In this document: piece by piece, positions 56,701 to 64,000 of the stretch | Position numbering within the stretch: the first letter of the stretch is position 1 | How the letters are laid out: each line of letters begins with the position of its first letter | IMG/VR virus record: IMGVR_UViG_3300024270_000002 | Reading direction: 5' to 3' (one strand) | Source of the DNA: a virus | Lineage: Duplodnaviria > Caudoviricetes | DNA length: 64,000 bases | The notes under the pieces: generated by a model | The model's input: the letters and a program-made list of their open reading frames with translations, nothing else | Told to the model about the DNA's origin: nothing | The model's database searches: none | Translations under genes and position numbers: made by a program

Positions 56701-59700
56701 TACTGAAGTAAATTACCAGAAAACTTACTATGTAGATATTTTAGAGCATGATGACTTTAGTGAAGACTACACTTATGGCTGGCGTTATATCTCTGATGAT
56801 GAGGACTCTGAGGTAGTAAACACTTGTAAACAGGCTTGGATCGATTTTTATCGATTTGTAACCACTTCAACAGACGAAGAGTTTAAAGCACACTTTGGTG
56901 ATTACTTTGTAAAAGACTCCGCGTTATACTACTATTTATTCACGACTAGATATTGTATGGTAGATAACCGTGCAAAGAATACTTTCTGGCACTATGGTAA
57001 AACTGCAGACGGTACTCGTAAGTGGGACCTTTGCTGGGACTATGATAACGATACATCGCTTGGTTTAAATAACTACGGTAAACAGGTATATCGTTATGGT
57101 CTCGAAGACATTGACCATGATGCTACTGGAGAAGAAGTATTTAGACAGAGCGATAGTACATTCTTCTGTAGAGTAAGAGACATGTTCGGCCCCGAGCTAA
57201 GAAATATGTACCAGAGCTTAGAGTCCAGTAATGCTTGGAATGCTAATGCTTTTATAAATGAAAGCGACGCATGGCAAGAGCAGTTCCCAGAGGAATTATG
57301 GCGAATAGATATTGAGCGTAAATATATTAGAACTTATACAAGTTCTTTCGTTAACGGAGGATCCTGGAAACAAGGCTTGACAACTATGGCTAACGGTAGA
57401 ATGAAATACCATAGAAGACAGTGGGAACGAAATCAAGAGCAGTATATGGCTTCCAAATATCAAACAACTACTGCTTTGGGCGATGCGGCTCATGCTAACT
57501 TCCGAGTTGGCAGACCTTCTGTTGAAAATCTTGCTATCGCACCTAATTATCAGTTCACATTAACACCATATTCTCATATTTATTTAAATGTCCAGTATGG
57601 TGGAACCTCTCCGATTTCGGTTAGGGCTGTGCCTAATGTTCCAACAGTTGTTCCATATGCCGGCGCTTCTGCCGATATTATTAATGTAGGTAGCGCTGCA
57701 GCAATTAGTAACTTTGGTGATTTATCTGCATTTTATCCAAAAACTGCTAGTGTTCAAAATGCAACAAGAATTAAGAAATTAAAACTTGGAAATAACACCT
57801 CTGGTTACTCAAACACCTTATTCCAGAGCCTTGACACTGGAAATAATAACTTACTGGAAGAACTTGACTTAACAAATATAACAAGTTACGCAGGCTCGTT
57901 AGACCTTAAACAGCTAATAAACCTTAAAAAACTATACGCCTTTGGAACTGGTTTAACTAGTGTAAGTTTTGCTGATGGTGGTAAATTAAGTTACGTAGAG
58001 CTTCCTGCGGTAAACAACATAACACTTAAAAACTTAGCTTATTTAGAATACAGTAGCCTTAAATTAGCAAGCTATAGTAATGTTGAGGATCTTGTTGTTG
58101 ACGGTTGTTCTAAGATTAATAAAGTTGATTTGTTCAATAAATGCCCTAATCTTAAGAGAGTACGCTTAATTGATATTGACTTTGGTGAAATCTCTTATGA
58201 AGAGTTTACTACTAAGGTATTTAATCTCAGAGGAATATCTCCTACCGGAAGTGAACTGGTTAATGCAGTACTTACTGGCAAAGTACGTTTCAATGACCCT
58301 AAAATAACTGGTGAACAATATAACCAGATTAAGGAACGCTATCCCGATTTAGAAGTTTCTTATAATGAGCTTGAATCTACTCTAAAATTCATGGGAGTAG
58401 ATAATGAAACTGAGCTATGTCACCAGATAATTATAAATGGCCAAGATGGTGAGGCGCCAGCTAAAGAGCTTACAGATACCTTAATAAAAGCTCCTTCTGA
58501 AAACGGTGAATTTACTTATAGCTGGATTGGTTGGTCAACTGAGCCTAATAGCACTAAAGTTGATACAGATGCTCTTAAGAATATAGAAGGTGATCGCGTG
58601 CTCTATCCTGTGTTTAAAGCTATTACTAGAGCCTATACAGTTACCTTTATTAACCTGACTGAGCCAGAGGACAGCGAGCATTACTCTTGTGTAGTTAATA
58701 ATGTGCTTTACGGTACGACTGCAATATGTCCTTGGAGTAATGATGAGATTCGTAAACAGGACGCTGTTGACCCAACTGCTTATGTGTTTAACGGCTGGCG
58801 AAATGACAATAAGCCTATAGACGCAAACGTATTTATTACGGGTAACACTGAGTGCTATGCGGTGTTTGCATATGCTAGTGAGGCAGTGCTTTCGCTCGCC
58901 GATATTACCGGTGAAGGCCTTCTTAATAGATTCGGTAATCCTTTAAGTACAGGAGATAAAGGCTATACTACAAATGAAGCAGCTAACACTATGGAAATTA
59001 TTGCGTGTAAGCCATGTCTAAACGCATCAATAATTGTGCCTGATAAGCTGGAGGGTATACCGTACAAGGTAGTAGCGCTAGGAGGCTTTTATGCCGTTTC
59101 AAATCCAGCTACGTATAATCACAAAAAGTTAGCGCACATAAAAATAGCAGATACGATAACATCTCTATTAGATTATGCGTTTATGGGCTGTACTAACCTT
59201 AGCGATGTAGAGCTGTCTAACTCATTGAGAACTATCGGTACTCATTGTTTTGAAAATTGCTCTTCATTAATCGAATTAAGTCTACCTGATACTCTTATAA
59301 ACATAGCCAACGGCGCTTTTATTGGCTGTACCAAATTAACTGACATAAATACAAATGATAATGACTACGTTAAGATTATTGATAACTGCTTAGTAAATAA
59401 CGGAACTATTGTCTTTGGAAAATTTGTACCAGATGTTTGTATACCAGACGATAGCACAGTAACTAAAATTGCTGAAGAAAGCTTTGTTTCGAATAATTAC
59501 CTTAGCCCAGAATTGATTATTCCTGAAAATATTGTTGATGTAGGTAAAAATGCTTTTAAGTACTGTTCTAGTGTTACAAGTGTAGAAATTAAAAACAAAA
59601 ACGCTACACTTAATGGTATGTGCTTTGATCAGTGCTGTAATTTAAAGTCAGTCATACTACCCGAAGAATTATTAAAGATTCCAGTATATGCCTTTAGTAA

Positions 59701-59980
59701 AACAGCACTACAAAAAATAGACCTACCTAGTACTATTAATGATATAGGTGATAGTGCTTTTAGTGACATACATGGAACGATAGCTAATCCCTTTATAGTT
59801 ACTTTTGCGGGAGGCACAAATATTGATAATCTTACTATTCATGCTAAGGCTTTTAATAACTGTACAAACATCCAATTTAAGTTGCCTTGGACAGAAAAAG
59901 AATATAATGAGTCTAAATTTAATGGTAGTGATTGGGGTGCCGTCAATCCTACATTTATATTTAACGGAGGTAATAATTAA
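50774..59980 (+). CDS. giant tail/receptor-binding protein: Mtd_N-like, coiled coil, beta domains, CotH-kinase-like, LRR/BspA repeats
   Basis: QHRRGT..W...GE...KIGDG..FSKLPY; VDNRAKN...WDYDND; AFxGCxxL LRR_5 repeats. Confidence 0.8.
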   Translation: MAYKITQHRRGTTQEWLELDLVPYEGELVIEECEGNVRKCKIGDGKNPFSKLPYITDALAEELESEIGNLREQTNSTLNTAVDMLEQKIANSSTALSNTITTLDSDINKKVQVLSSDIEELSDKLTDIDSIVHDGIKSDVESLDARYSQTLTEITEQHAADVATLSADIETRANELTEAFETSLEQTEAKIEANIAATKTSLAEDYATKIEVAEERLQDAINSSEQTVQQHTKDLGDIQESIVELQTAVDSKSTEIDEKVSASEERVTISIEEVQEAINKINFTLEQMQASKEEILPDFNINSPSAEEILPVVVEQLENLHYKVNMLERGVSTSTTDIQNINIELGRLATSLSNVLEQHKTSSDSFSKALSSLDSKLSKADSDITAAIAANKKEIHENLEALTASDTLLYQVIYKIRDDLLKKIDATDSYLQAELKEDIALITESVNDSKLKLDSKLTAVQSGLADGVNAVKVELIKKLDNLEKLHDTRLSTNETSINALSTIVTSNQAALSSAIETVAADVANNKVNITNNSAEIDRVYSVLDDKINLANSNVDALNTKVNTQISGVESRMQTLLAATDQIVQQQAEAIHNIQDNITDLDQEIDDRIVNKISDSVAETNTNILEIRAAISQINLTLELLKNEVNNNSGGNNNNSLLLLAEQLSELQHKITLVESDALATNAEIQLVKNELSHLITTLTSDLDDLTKTTAITISSLDTKLSKADADILAALATHTANIADDLADLAADDTLLYQIIYRIRDELLSKVSATQAVLQTNIDASVNNLNQNIVDTKAALEEQLSQAQEDLTGVLTTTESRLDTELSRINTLYNAKTSANKKEIDDLHTTVETNQAELLAGLETVTSYIADNKTSIANSMAAINQVNSTLEGKVALINSNIDILDSQLEAQANRIDSLIAFDLNDFTLKEGEITKEDFTRLAQEVSDIRNGYDGTTHESAQAAVRAIGDNLAELESKLSQYVETQAVGGLRYDVAGEYGLMQPYMLYLETPDGEVIQDSGVQIIGGAGGGPGGGGASTLKINYDERSPQEIKVTPSNEVKIYFTFSGTDASGDMIRTASATWRIDGVVVERGTIKSGENYFDATKYVKDGTIKVHLTVNDDNGSTATKSWEIQQINLKIESEFSDKKTYPVGESFTFYFKPTGAINKVARFILDGDELGVDISVPDFPIVLDATKSGDIVYCDLPAMSHGSHLLEVYLEADINGTTVESDHLLKDIICFDTSDKTKPPVIGTVTQSIMGAKQYSTTNIIYTVYSNATDTPMVDIMVDGSIVSNDYTVMPNKDYGNTPTAIYPYVATDPGLHEVKIVCEGIEKVIDIFVEDLGLNIVPVKTGLAFDFNPAGKNNGDIWSDKGVSLSVSDNFDWTNGGYLPNDPNGPCFCVKAGSTATISHKLFEKEAKETGKEFKLVFKTKNVANPDAVFLSCVDSETSSSRVGLQMGVHNATIYGKSGNLELAYSEEDVIEFEFNISQYSTAADALNMVMGYEDGVPSRPMVYDDSYSFKQDSANVKPITIGSPDCDVYIYRLKVYNISLSTADILNNFIADARTAEEMVDRYTRNQIYDENRKLTPEALAAKCPWLRVIKVSAPKFTSSKKDDIAKTTIQQIYGQGRPSDNWVAYDAVHSGQGTSSDNYGAAGRNLDLKVRIVKDKNGNPINTNPYFLYTDEQGEDKIVQKVSLTDTSIPVDYFNIKVNIASSNNLTNAIIAKRYNEFNPYKRPYVRDDESIIPYLKDTMEFYNCVVFIQETDPDVTTHREFADNDWHFYAIGNIGDSKKTDKTRLTDPSDKYECCVEIMDVGLPLSGFPCDTMIDAMGYTIDEETNEQIYTWAKDEHLGILFEREYSLTADPEVNLNKTYYIEVDGKMVNAMEYVITEVRDYIWAKNENLALLYELIDGEYIKTEDTEVDLEKVYYIEVEEKDADGNVTGTVFSDAMGYTTKEVKTYTYAKNENLDRLYEVTYFKTNDTEVNYQKTYYVDILEHDDFSEDYTYGWRYISDDEDSEVVNTCKQAWIDFYRFVTTSTDEEFKAHFGDYFVKDSALYYYLFTTRYCMVDNRAKNTFWHYGKTADGTRKWDLCWDYDNDTSLGLNNYGKQVYRYGLEDIDHDATGEEVFRQSDSTFFCRVRDMFGPELRNMYQSLESSNAWNANAFINESDAWQEQFPEELWRIDIERKYIRTYTSSFVNGGSWKQGLTTMANGRMKYHRRQWERNQEQYMASKYQTTTALGDAAHANFRVGRPSVENLAIAPNYQFTLTPYSHIYLNVQYGGTSPISVRAVPNVPTVVPYAGASADIINVGSAAAISNFGDLSAFYPKTASVQNATRIKKLKLGNNTSGYSNTLFQSLDTGNNNLLEELDLTNITSYAGSLDLKQLINLKKLYAFGTGLTSVSFADGGKLSYVELPAVNNITLKNLAYLEYSSLKLASYSNVEDLVVDGCSKINKVDLFNKCPNLKRVRLIDIDFGEISYEEFTTKVFNLRGISPTGSELVNAVLTGKVRFNDPKITGEQYNQIKERYPDLEVSYNELESTLKFMGVDNETELCHQIIINGQDGEAPAKELTDTLIKAPSENGEFTYSWIGWSTEPNSTKVDTDALKNIEGDRVLYPVFKAITRAYTVTFINLTEPEDSEHYSCVVNNVLYGTTAICPWSNDEIRKQDAVDPTAYVFNGWRNDNKPIDANVFITGNTECYAVFAYASEAVLSLADITGEGLLNRFGNPLSTGDKGYTTNEAANTMEIIACKPCLNASIIVPDKLEGIPYKVVALGGFYAVSNPATYNHKKLAHIKIADTITSLLDYAFMGCTNLSDVELSNSLRTIGTHCFENCSSLIELSLPDTLINIANGAFIGCTKLTDINTNDNDYVKIIDNCLVNNGTIVFGKFVPDVCIPDDSTVTKIAEESFVSNNYLSPELIIPENIVDVGKNAFKYCSSVTSVEIKNKNATLNGMCFDQCCNLKSVILPEELLKIPVYAFSKTALQKIDLPSTINDIGDSAFSDIHGTIANPFIVTFAGGTNIDNLTIHAKAFNNCTNIQFKLPWTEKEYNESKFNGSDWGAVNPTFIFNGGNN

Positions 59981-60669
59981 TGTATAAAATTATAAAAGAA
60001 GACAAAGTAATTGATGTAGTTCAATATGCTGATTTTATACGCTTTTTACCTGCGGGACAGGTGATTCGTACAAATGAGGAACTTGCAGAAGGTCTTATTG
60101 GTTCAGACTACCAGACTTTATATAGCTTCAAACCAGTTAAAAATCCCGAGGCAATTATTGTAACAATAGAAGAAATTTCTGCAAAGGAATTCAATAGGCT
60201 TCAAAACCTATTGAATTCCGCTAAGAGCATTAGTGCTAATGAAAAAGCTTTAGCGCAAGCAAAAGAAGCTAAAATTGAAAGTCTATCTACTATTTGTAAA
60301 AATATGATTACAGAGGGCTTTTCAATAACATTGGCCGATGGTAAGGATTATAATTTTAGGCTAACTACTGAAGATCAGCTTAATTTATTAAACTTTGAAA
60401 ATCAGCTAAATTCAGGTGCTAAGCAGTTTATTTATCACGCCACAGCACTGCCTTGTAGAGTCTTTAAACGAGATGACATGGCAAAGATTATAAAAGCCTA
60501 TAGACAGTGTTTGTTATATCACACTACTTATTTTAATGTTGCTAAACAGTACATAGCTTCACTTACTGACTTAGATTTAGTTAACTCATTTTCTTATGGC
60601 GCTGATATAACTAGCACGGCGACAGACCCTATTTTACGTCAGATACTGGTAGAGGGGGGGCAAAAATAG
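59980..60669 (+). CDS. tail-fibre assembly-type protein (DUF4376-like)
   Basis: AKEAKIESLS..C...I..GF...F.LT.EDQ.N. Confidence 0.7.
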   Translation: MYKIIKEDKVIDVVQYADFIRFLPAGQVIRTNEELAEGLIGSDYQTLYSFKPVKNPEAIIVTIEEISAKEFNRLQNLLNSAKSISANEKALAQAKEAKIESLSTICKNMITEGFSITLADGKDYNFRLTTEDQLNLLNFENQLNSGAKQFIYHATALPCRVFKRDDMAKIIKAYRQCLLYHTTYFNVAKQYIASLTDLDLVNSFSYGADITSTATDPILRQILVEGGQK

Positions 60670-60930
60670 ATGAAAGCACGAATAAGCCAATTGCATAAAA
60701 CAGAAGTTGAATGGCAAAAATTTTCTAGTTGGATTCCAGAACCTGGAGAGCTCGTTGTGTATGACCCGGACGGAAATTACGCACATGCTCGTGTAAAAGT
60801 TGGTGACGGCAAACGTACGCTCAGCGAGTTAGACTTCTTTATTACTTCTGCAATCGAAGACGTATTAAAACAAATCCGCTTTGAAGAATCTGTCGACGGT
60901 GGACGTATTACAGAATATTCTAAAAAGTAA
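60670..60930 (+). CDS. small Mtd_N-like tail protein
   Basis: W.....P.PGELVVY...VKVGDGK..LSEL. Confidence 0.7.
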   Translation: MKARISQLHKTEVEWQKFSSWIPEPGELVVYDPDGNYAHARVKVGDGKRTLSELDFFITSAIEDVLKQIRFEESVDGGRITEYSKK

Positions 60931-60934
60931 ATAA

Positions 60935-60988
60935 AAAATAAACCCAAAATAGATTTATTAAAACTATCGCTATTCTGGGTTTATTTTT
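60935..60988 (+). terminator. intrinsic terminator
   Basis: AAATAAACCCA.AATAG...CTATT.TGGGTTTATTT plus T. Confidence 0.65.
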
Positions 60989-60998
60989 TGCTAAATTA
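60989..60998 (+). promoter_or_regulatory. putative late promoter TGCTAAATTA
   Basis: Recurrent motif. Confidence 0.75.
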
Positions 60999-61036
60999 TA
61001 TAGAAAATGTTAAAATGAAAGGTGAGTTTGTAGCTA

Positions 61037-61696
61037 ATGATCCAATTTAGACGCGGAACAACTAAAAACTGGCGAAATACAAAAACAAAACTGGCTTCTG
61101 GTCAGCCTGGCTATGATAAAGATAAACATAAGATTAAAGTAGGCGATGGTGAAAAAATTTGGTCTGACCTGCCCTATGTCGGTGGCCTATCTGCAGAAGA
61201 AATTTTAAACTCTGAAAAAGCTGCAAAGAGTAGATATAATAAAGATAAAGAGGATATAACTCTTATTACCTACGGTACAGAAGCACCTGATAAAAATACT
61301 GTTGGACAGGTCTATCTACAACAATATGAAGCTGAACCAGAGACAGACTATATAGTAAGTTCTGGTATTAGCGATATTTGGACATATCAAAAGTGGAAAT
61401 CCGGTGTAGCAAAATGCTGGGGCACCTTGTCTCTAACTACTAATATTCAAAATGCTTTTGAGGGTATGGAGCTTTTTCATGATAGTAAAATGAAGAGTGT
61501 GAAATACCCTTTTACTTTTAAAGATATACCTAGTGAGACGGCTACTCTACAAAGTCCTGGTGCTATTGCTTGGTTGGCAAATAAATCTAAAAATACCAAT
61601 AGCACTTCAGGAGTATATACTATTATTAGTCCGGATAAGCAATCAACAAACGCTGTCTACAATATTTCTTTGCAGGTCGAAGGCTCCTGGAGATAA
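61037..61696 (+). CDS. short tail-fibre protein (Mtd_N-like plus gp53-like C-terminal domain)
   Basis: IQFRRGT..W...KVGDG..WSDLPY; WTYQKWKSGVAKCWG. Confidence 0.75.
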   Translation: MIQFRRGTTKNWRNTKTKLASGQPGYDKDKHKIKVGDGEKIWSDLPYVGGLSAEEILNSEKAAKSRYNKDKEDITLITYGTEAPDKNTVGQVYLQQYEAEPETDYIVSSGISDIWTYQKWKSGVAKCWGTLSLTTNIQNAFEGMELFHDSKMKSVKYPFTFKDIPSETATLQSPGAIAWLANKSKNTNSTSGVYTIISPDKQSTNAVYNISLQVEGSWR

Positions 61697-61711
61697 TCGG
61701 AGGTCTTTGAT

Positions 61712-62737
61712 ATGGCAACAAAAATAAAAATAGGCCACGCGTCAATTAGTGAAAATAATTCTATTAATGGTGTAGCCGGCGACTCTACTGGTCAAGAGGT
61801 TTATATAAATAATGAGTTTGATATAGCTAGTTTAAAACCTAATGTGCTTTTACGCCCCAATACTGCCACTCTTGCGAATGCTTCTGCAAAAGCATGTGAG
61901 GTAGGCTGTGAGAATAATAATATAGGTTATTCACAGAGTGGGAGAAATACTCTTTATAACCTTGCTAGCGCCAATGGATATGATTTGTCGAAAGTTGGAT
62001 TATGTAATACAGACTGCTCTGCTTTTCTAACTGTTTGCGCTATAGCTGGAGGTGCAAAAATCACTTATGGTAGCAATGCACCTACGACTACTAATATGCG
62101 TACTAGGTTCAAACAATCTGGCGATTACTTAGTTTTAACGGACTCTAAACATCTTACAAATACTGACTACCTTAAGCGTGGCGATATTCTCGTTTGTGAA
62201 GGTAGCCATACTGTTATGGTGCTTGAAAATGGTAGTAATGTAATTGATGATATTGAAGATAGTGGAGCTACCGGAGTTACTCCTATAACCATTATAAAAG
62301 TACATGTTATAGAAGTAGCTATGAGTAAAATTAATAAAAATTCGGCCGTGGCTTCTGTTAAAATACTGGAACAAAAAACTGGGGCAGCTACCAAACTGTT
62401 AAGTACGAAGGCTGTAAGAAACTATACCCTATCTTATACCTTAGAGCATCTGGGTGGCAATACTACTACAAAACAAATTAAGGTTGTTTCAAACCGGCTA
62501 AGTTTAACACTGAATAACCTACAACCAGATGCTTCTTATATGTTGAATGTTATTGCTAAAAAAGACGGTGAAGTAGCATTTTGCTCACAAAAAGTGTTAT
62601 TTACAACACTACCAGAAAAAGAGACTATTAATAACACAAAGAGAGAATTTGCTGCAAAAACTTTGAATGTGGTTGATCATTTTTATATAAAAACAGGCGA
62701 TAAATTTAGCCCTGTAATAATTTATAAAGAGGTATAA
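61712..62737 (+). CDS. NlpC/P60-CHAP-like cell-wall peptidase with FN3-like C-terminus
   Basis: GYSQ..R, DCSAF, LKRGDIL...SHTVMV; [10 protein letters not shown]. Confidence 0.75.
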   Translation: MATKIKIGHASISENNSINGVAGDSTGQEVYINNEFDIASLKPNVLLRPNTATLANASAKACEVGCENNNIGYSQSGRNTLYNLASANGYDLSKVGLCNTDCSAFLTVCAIAGGAKITYGSNAPTTTNMRTRFKQSGDYLVLTDSKHLTNTDYLKRGDILVCEGSHTVMVLENGSNVIDDIEDSGATGVTPITIIKVHVIEVAMSKINKNSAVASVKILEQKTGAATKLLSTKAVRNYTLSYTLEHLGGNTTTKQIKVVSNRLSLTLNNLQPDASYMLNVIAKKDGEVAFCSQKVLFTTLPEKETINNTKREFAAKTLNVVDHFYIKTGDKFSPVIIYKEV

Positions 62738-62739
62738 TA

Positions 62740-64000
62740 ATGGTTACTCTGTGGATAGGAGATTTTAGAACAAAACAACTTCAAAAAGCATATAAAGCCG
62801 CAGAGCAGACAGCAGAATATCATTATATTGTTGACGACCTCGCGGAGTATTCTTGGTTTAAAGATAATGCTGCCGCGCAGCTTCCTTTGCTGTCTTTAGA
62901 AAATGCTAACGTGGTTATTATGCTCGGCTTTAATGATTGCGTATATAGCTGTGTGTGGGATTCTTTTAAGGTGGATAAACTCGCAGAGCAATATGCAAGT
63001 ACTATAAATGAACTTGTAGAAGATTTTGCTAATTTTAATTTTTATGTTTGTTCAGTAAATCCTATTAATGCTGACTATCCATTTGCAGAAAGTAAAAATG
63101 ATGTGATTACAAAAAGTCAACTTAGTGACAAAATAGCAATATTTAACAACACACTTAAAGACAAATGTAAGGCAGAGTACATAGATAGCTATGACTACAT
63201 AGTAAACACAAGTTTTGAAACACGCGATGGCGTACGTTATACATATGATACCTGTATTACTTTACATAATTATATTAGTGCTCACTTTAAAAGTAGTATA
63301 TCTGCAGTTTTCTTACCTAGACTGACTGCACCAAATCCTAATGTAGATACTTATTTGTACTGGACGCCTACTACTGCCGATGGCGCTAACAAGTTTCCTG
63401 AGACTACTGCTGGGTTTGCCTTACCAAGCTGTGAGGCTTATGCTTGGGGCAGATTTTATGAAATTTTAGGTGAAGAGCCTAAGTTAAGTACAGATAATGC
63501 TAAAACTTGGTATTCTTTTGATGATGAATATAATCGTGGTGAAGAGCCTCGCATCGGAGCTGTTGCTTGCTGGACAGGCGCTACTTCAGGTTTTGTAGCC
63601 GTAGTTGAGCAGGTAAAAGAGGACGGAACTATAATAACTTCTGAAAGCGATATTACTGCTAATGAAGTATGGCGACTTACGGAGCGAACAAAAGGTACTG
63701 GAAATTGGGGAATGCCTTCCTCATACGCCTTCCAAGGATTTATTTATTGTCCAATTATTACACCTACGGCTTCTGTCGGCAGCTTAGATAAATCTACTGT
63801 TGTCTCTAAAGCGGAGGCGTTGACCAGAACTGAAATGGAAGCCAATGCAAAATATATTTGGAATTACTTAGGTAGTAAGGGCTGGACACTTAATGCTGTT
63901 GCTGGTATGCTAGGTAATATGCAATATGAGTCCACCATAAACCCTGGACGACATCAAGTAGGTAGCGGTGAAGATGGTGGCTATGGTCTAGTACAGTGGA
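62740..64000 (+). CDS. multidomain cell-wall hydrolase (degenerate SGNH, degenerate CHAP, phage tail lysozyme); runs off window, not in ORF track
   Basis: ATG 62740; IGDFRT, GFND, DGVRY; [15 protein letters not shown]; [11 protein letters not shown]...GYGLVQW. Confidence 0.8.
   Translation, partial: MVTLWIGDFRTKQLQKAYKAAEQTAEYHYIVDDLAEYSWFKDNAAAQLPLLSLENANVVIMLGFNDCVYSCVWDSFKVDKLAEQYASTINELVEDFANFNFYVCSVNPINADYPFAESKNDVITKSQLSDKIAIFNNTLKDKCKAEYIDSYDYIVNTSFETRDGVRYTYDTCITLHNYISAHFKSSISAVFLPRLTAPNPNVDTYLYWTPTTADGANKFPETTAGFALPSCEAYAWGRFYEILGEEPKLSTDNAKTWYSFDDEYNRGEEPRIGAVACWTGATSGFVAVVEQVKEDGTIITSESDITANEVWRLTERTKGTGNWGMPSSYAFQGFIYCPIITPTASVGSLDKSTVVSKAEALTRTEMEANAKYIWNYLGSKGWTLNAVAGMLGNMQYESTINPGRHQVGSGEDGGYGLVQW

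Noticed and set aside
49471-61696. Diversity-generating retroelement suggested by Mtd_N-like domains
   Set aside because: No reverse transcriptase and no TR/VR adenine-variant repeat pair seen in the window
380-62394. Minus-strand and alternative-frame ORFs in the track
   Set aside because: Nearly all overlap well-supported + strand genes, and they lack SD sites and recognisable motifs; treated as shadow ORFs
1-64000. Stop-codon reassignment
   Set aside because: Known enzymes and the 3068-aa gene are intact in code 11; short genes have their own SDs and coupled junctions
1-64000. tRNA genes, CRISPR arrays, integrase/transposase
   Set aside because: No cloverleaf with T-loop, no regularly spaced repeat array and no recombinase motif was recognised by eye

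Overview
A 64-kb segment of a large lytic-type dsDNA phage, probably infecting a Bacillota/Clostridia host (strong GGAGG Shine-Dalgarno sites, sigma-A-type promoters). All credible genes are on the + strand in standard code. Bases 1-44.9 kb hold an early/middle region of about 110 mostly small hypothetical genes. Recognisable genes there include an ATP-dependent DNA ligase, two RNA ligases, a Pol-beta nucleotidyltransferase, an Arr-like ADP-ribosyltransferase, an FAD oxidoreductase/class II aldolase/P-loop kinase trio, HNH and GIY-YIG nucleases, and a dNMP kinase. Bases 44.9-64 kb hold a tail-fibre/baseplate module, including a 3068-aa protein with CotH-kinase-like and LRR domains, and cell-wall hydrolases. 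Three promoter classes can be read from the sequence: TTTACA-N17-TATAAT, YGTATWATA, and a putative late motif TGCTAAATTA. The most notable unannotated features are: (1) a ~235-nt structured sRNA with promoter and terminator that displays anti-Shine-Dalgarno motifs, one resembling the 16S rRNA 3' end; (2) a second short non-coding unit carrying a complementary SD-like motif; (3) late-promoter cassettes in the early region whose proteins share an N-terminal leader and LxE sites, suggesting capsid-packaged proteins; (4) a catalytically dead prohead-protease paralog. All family calls come from motif recognition by eye; no searches or folding programs were run.
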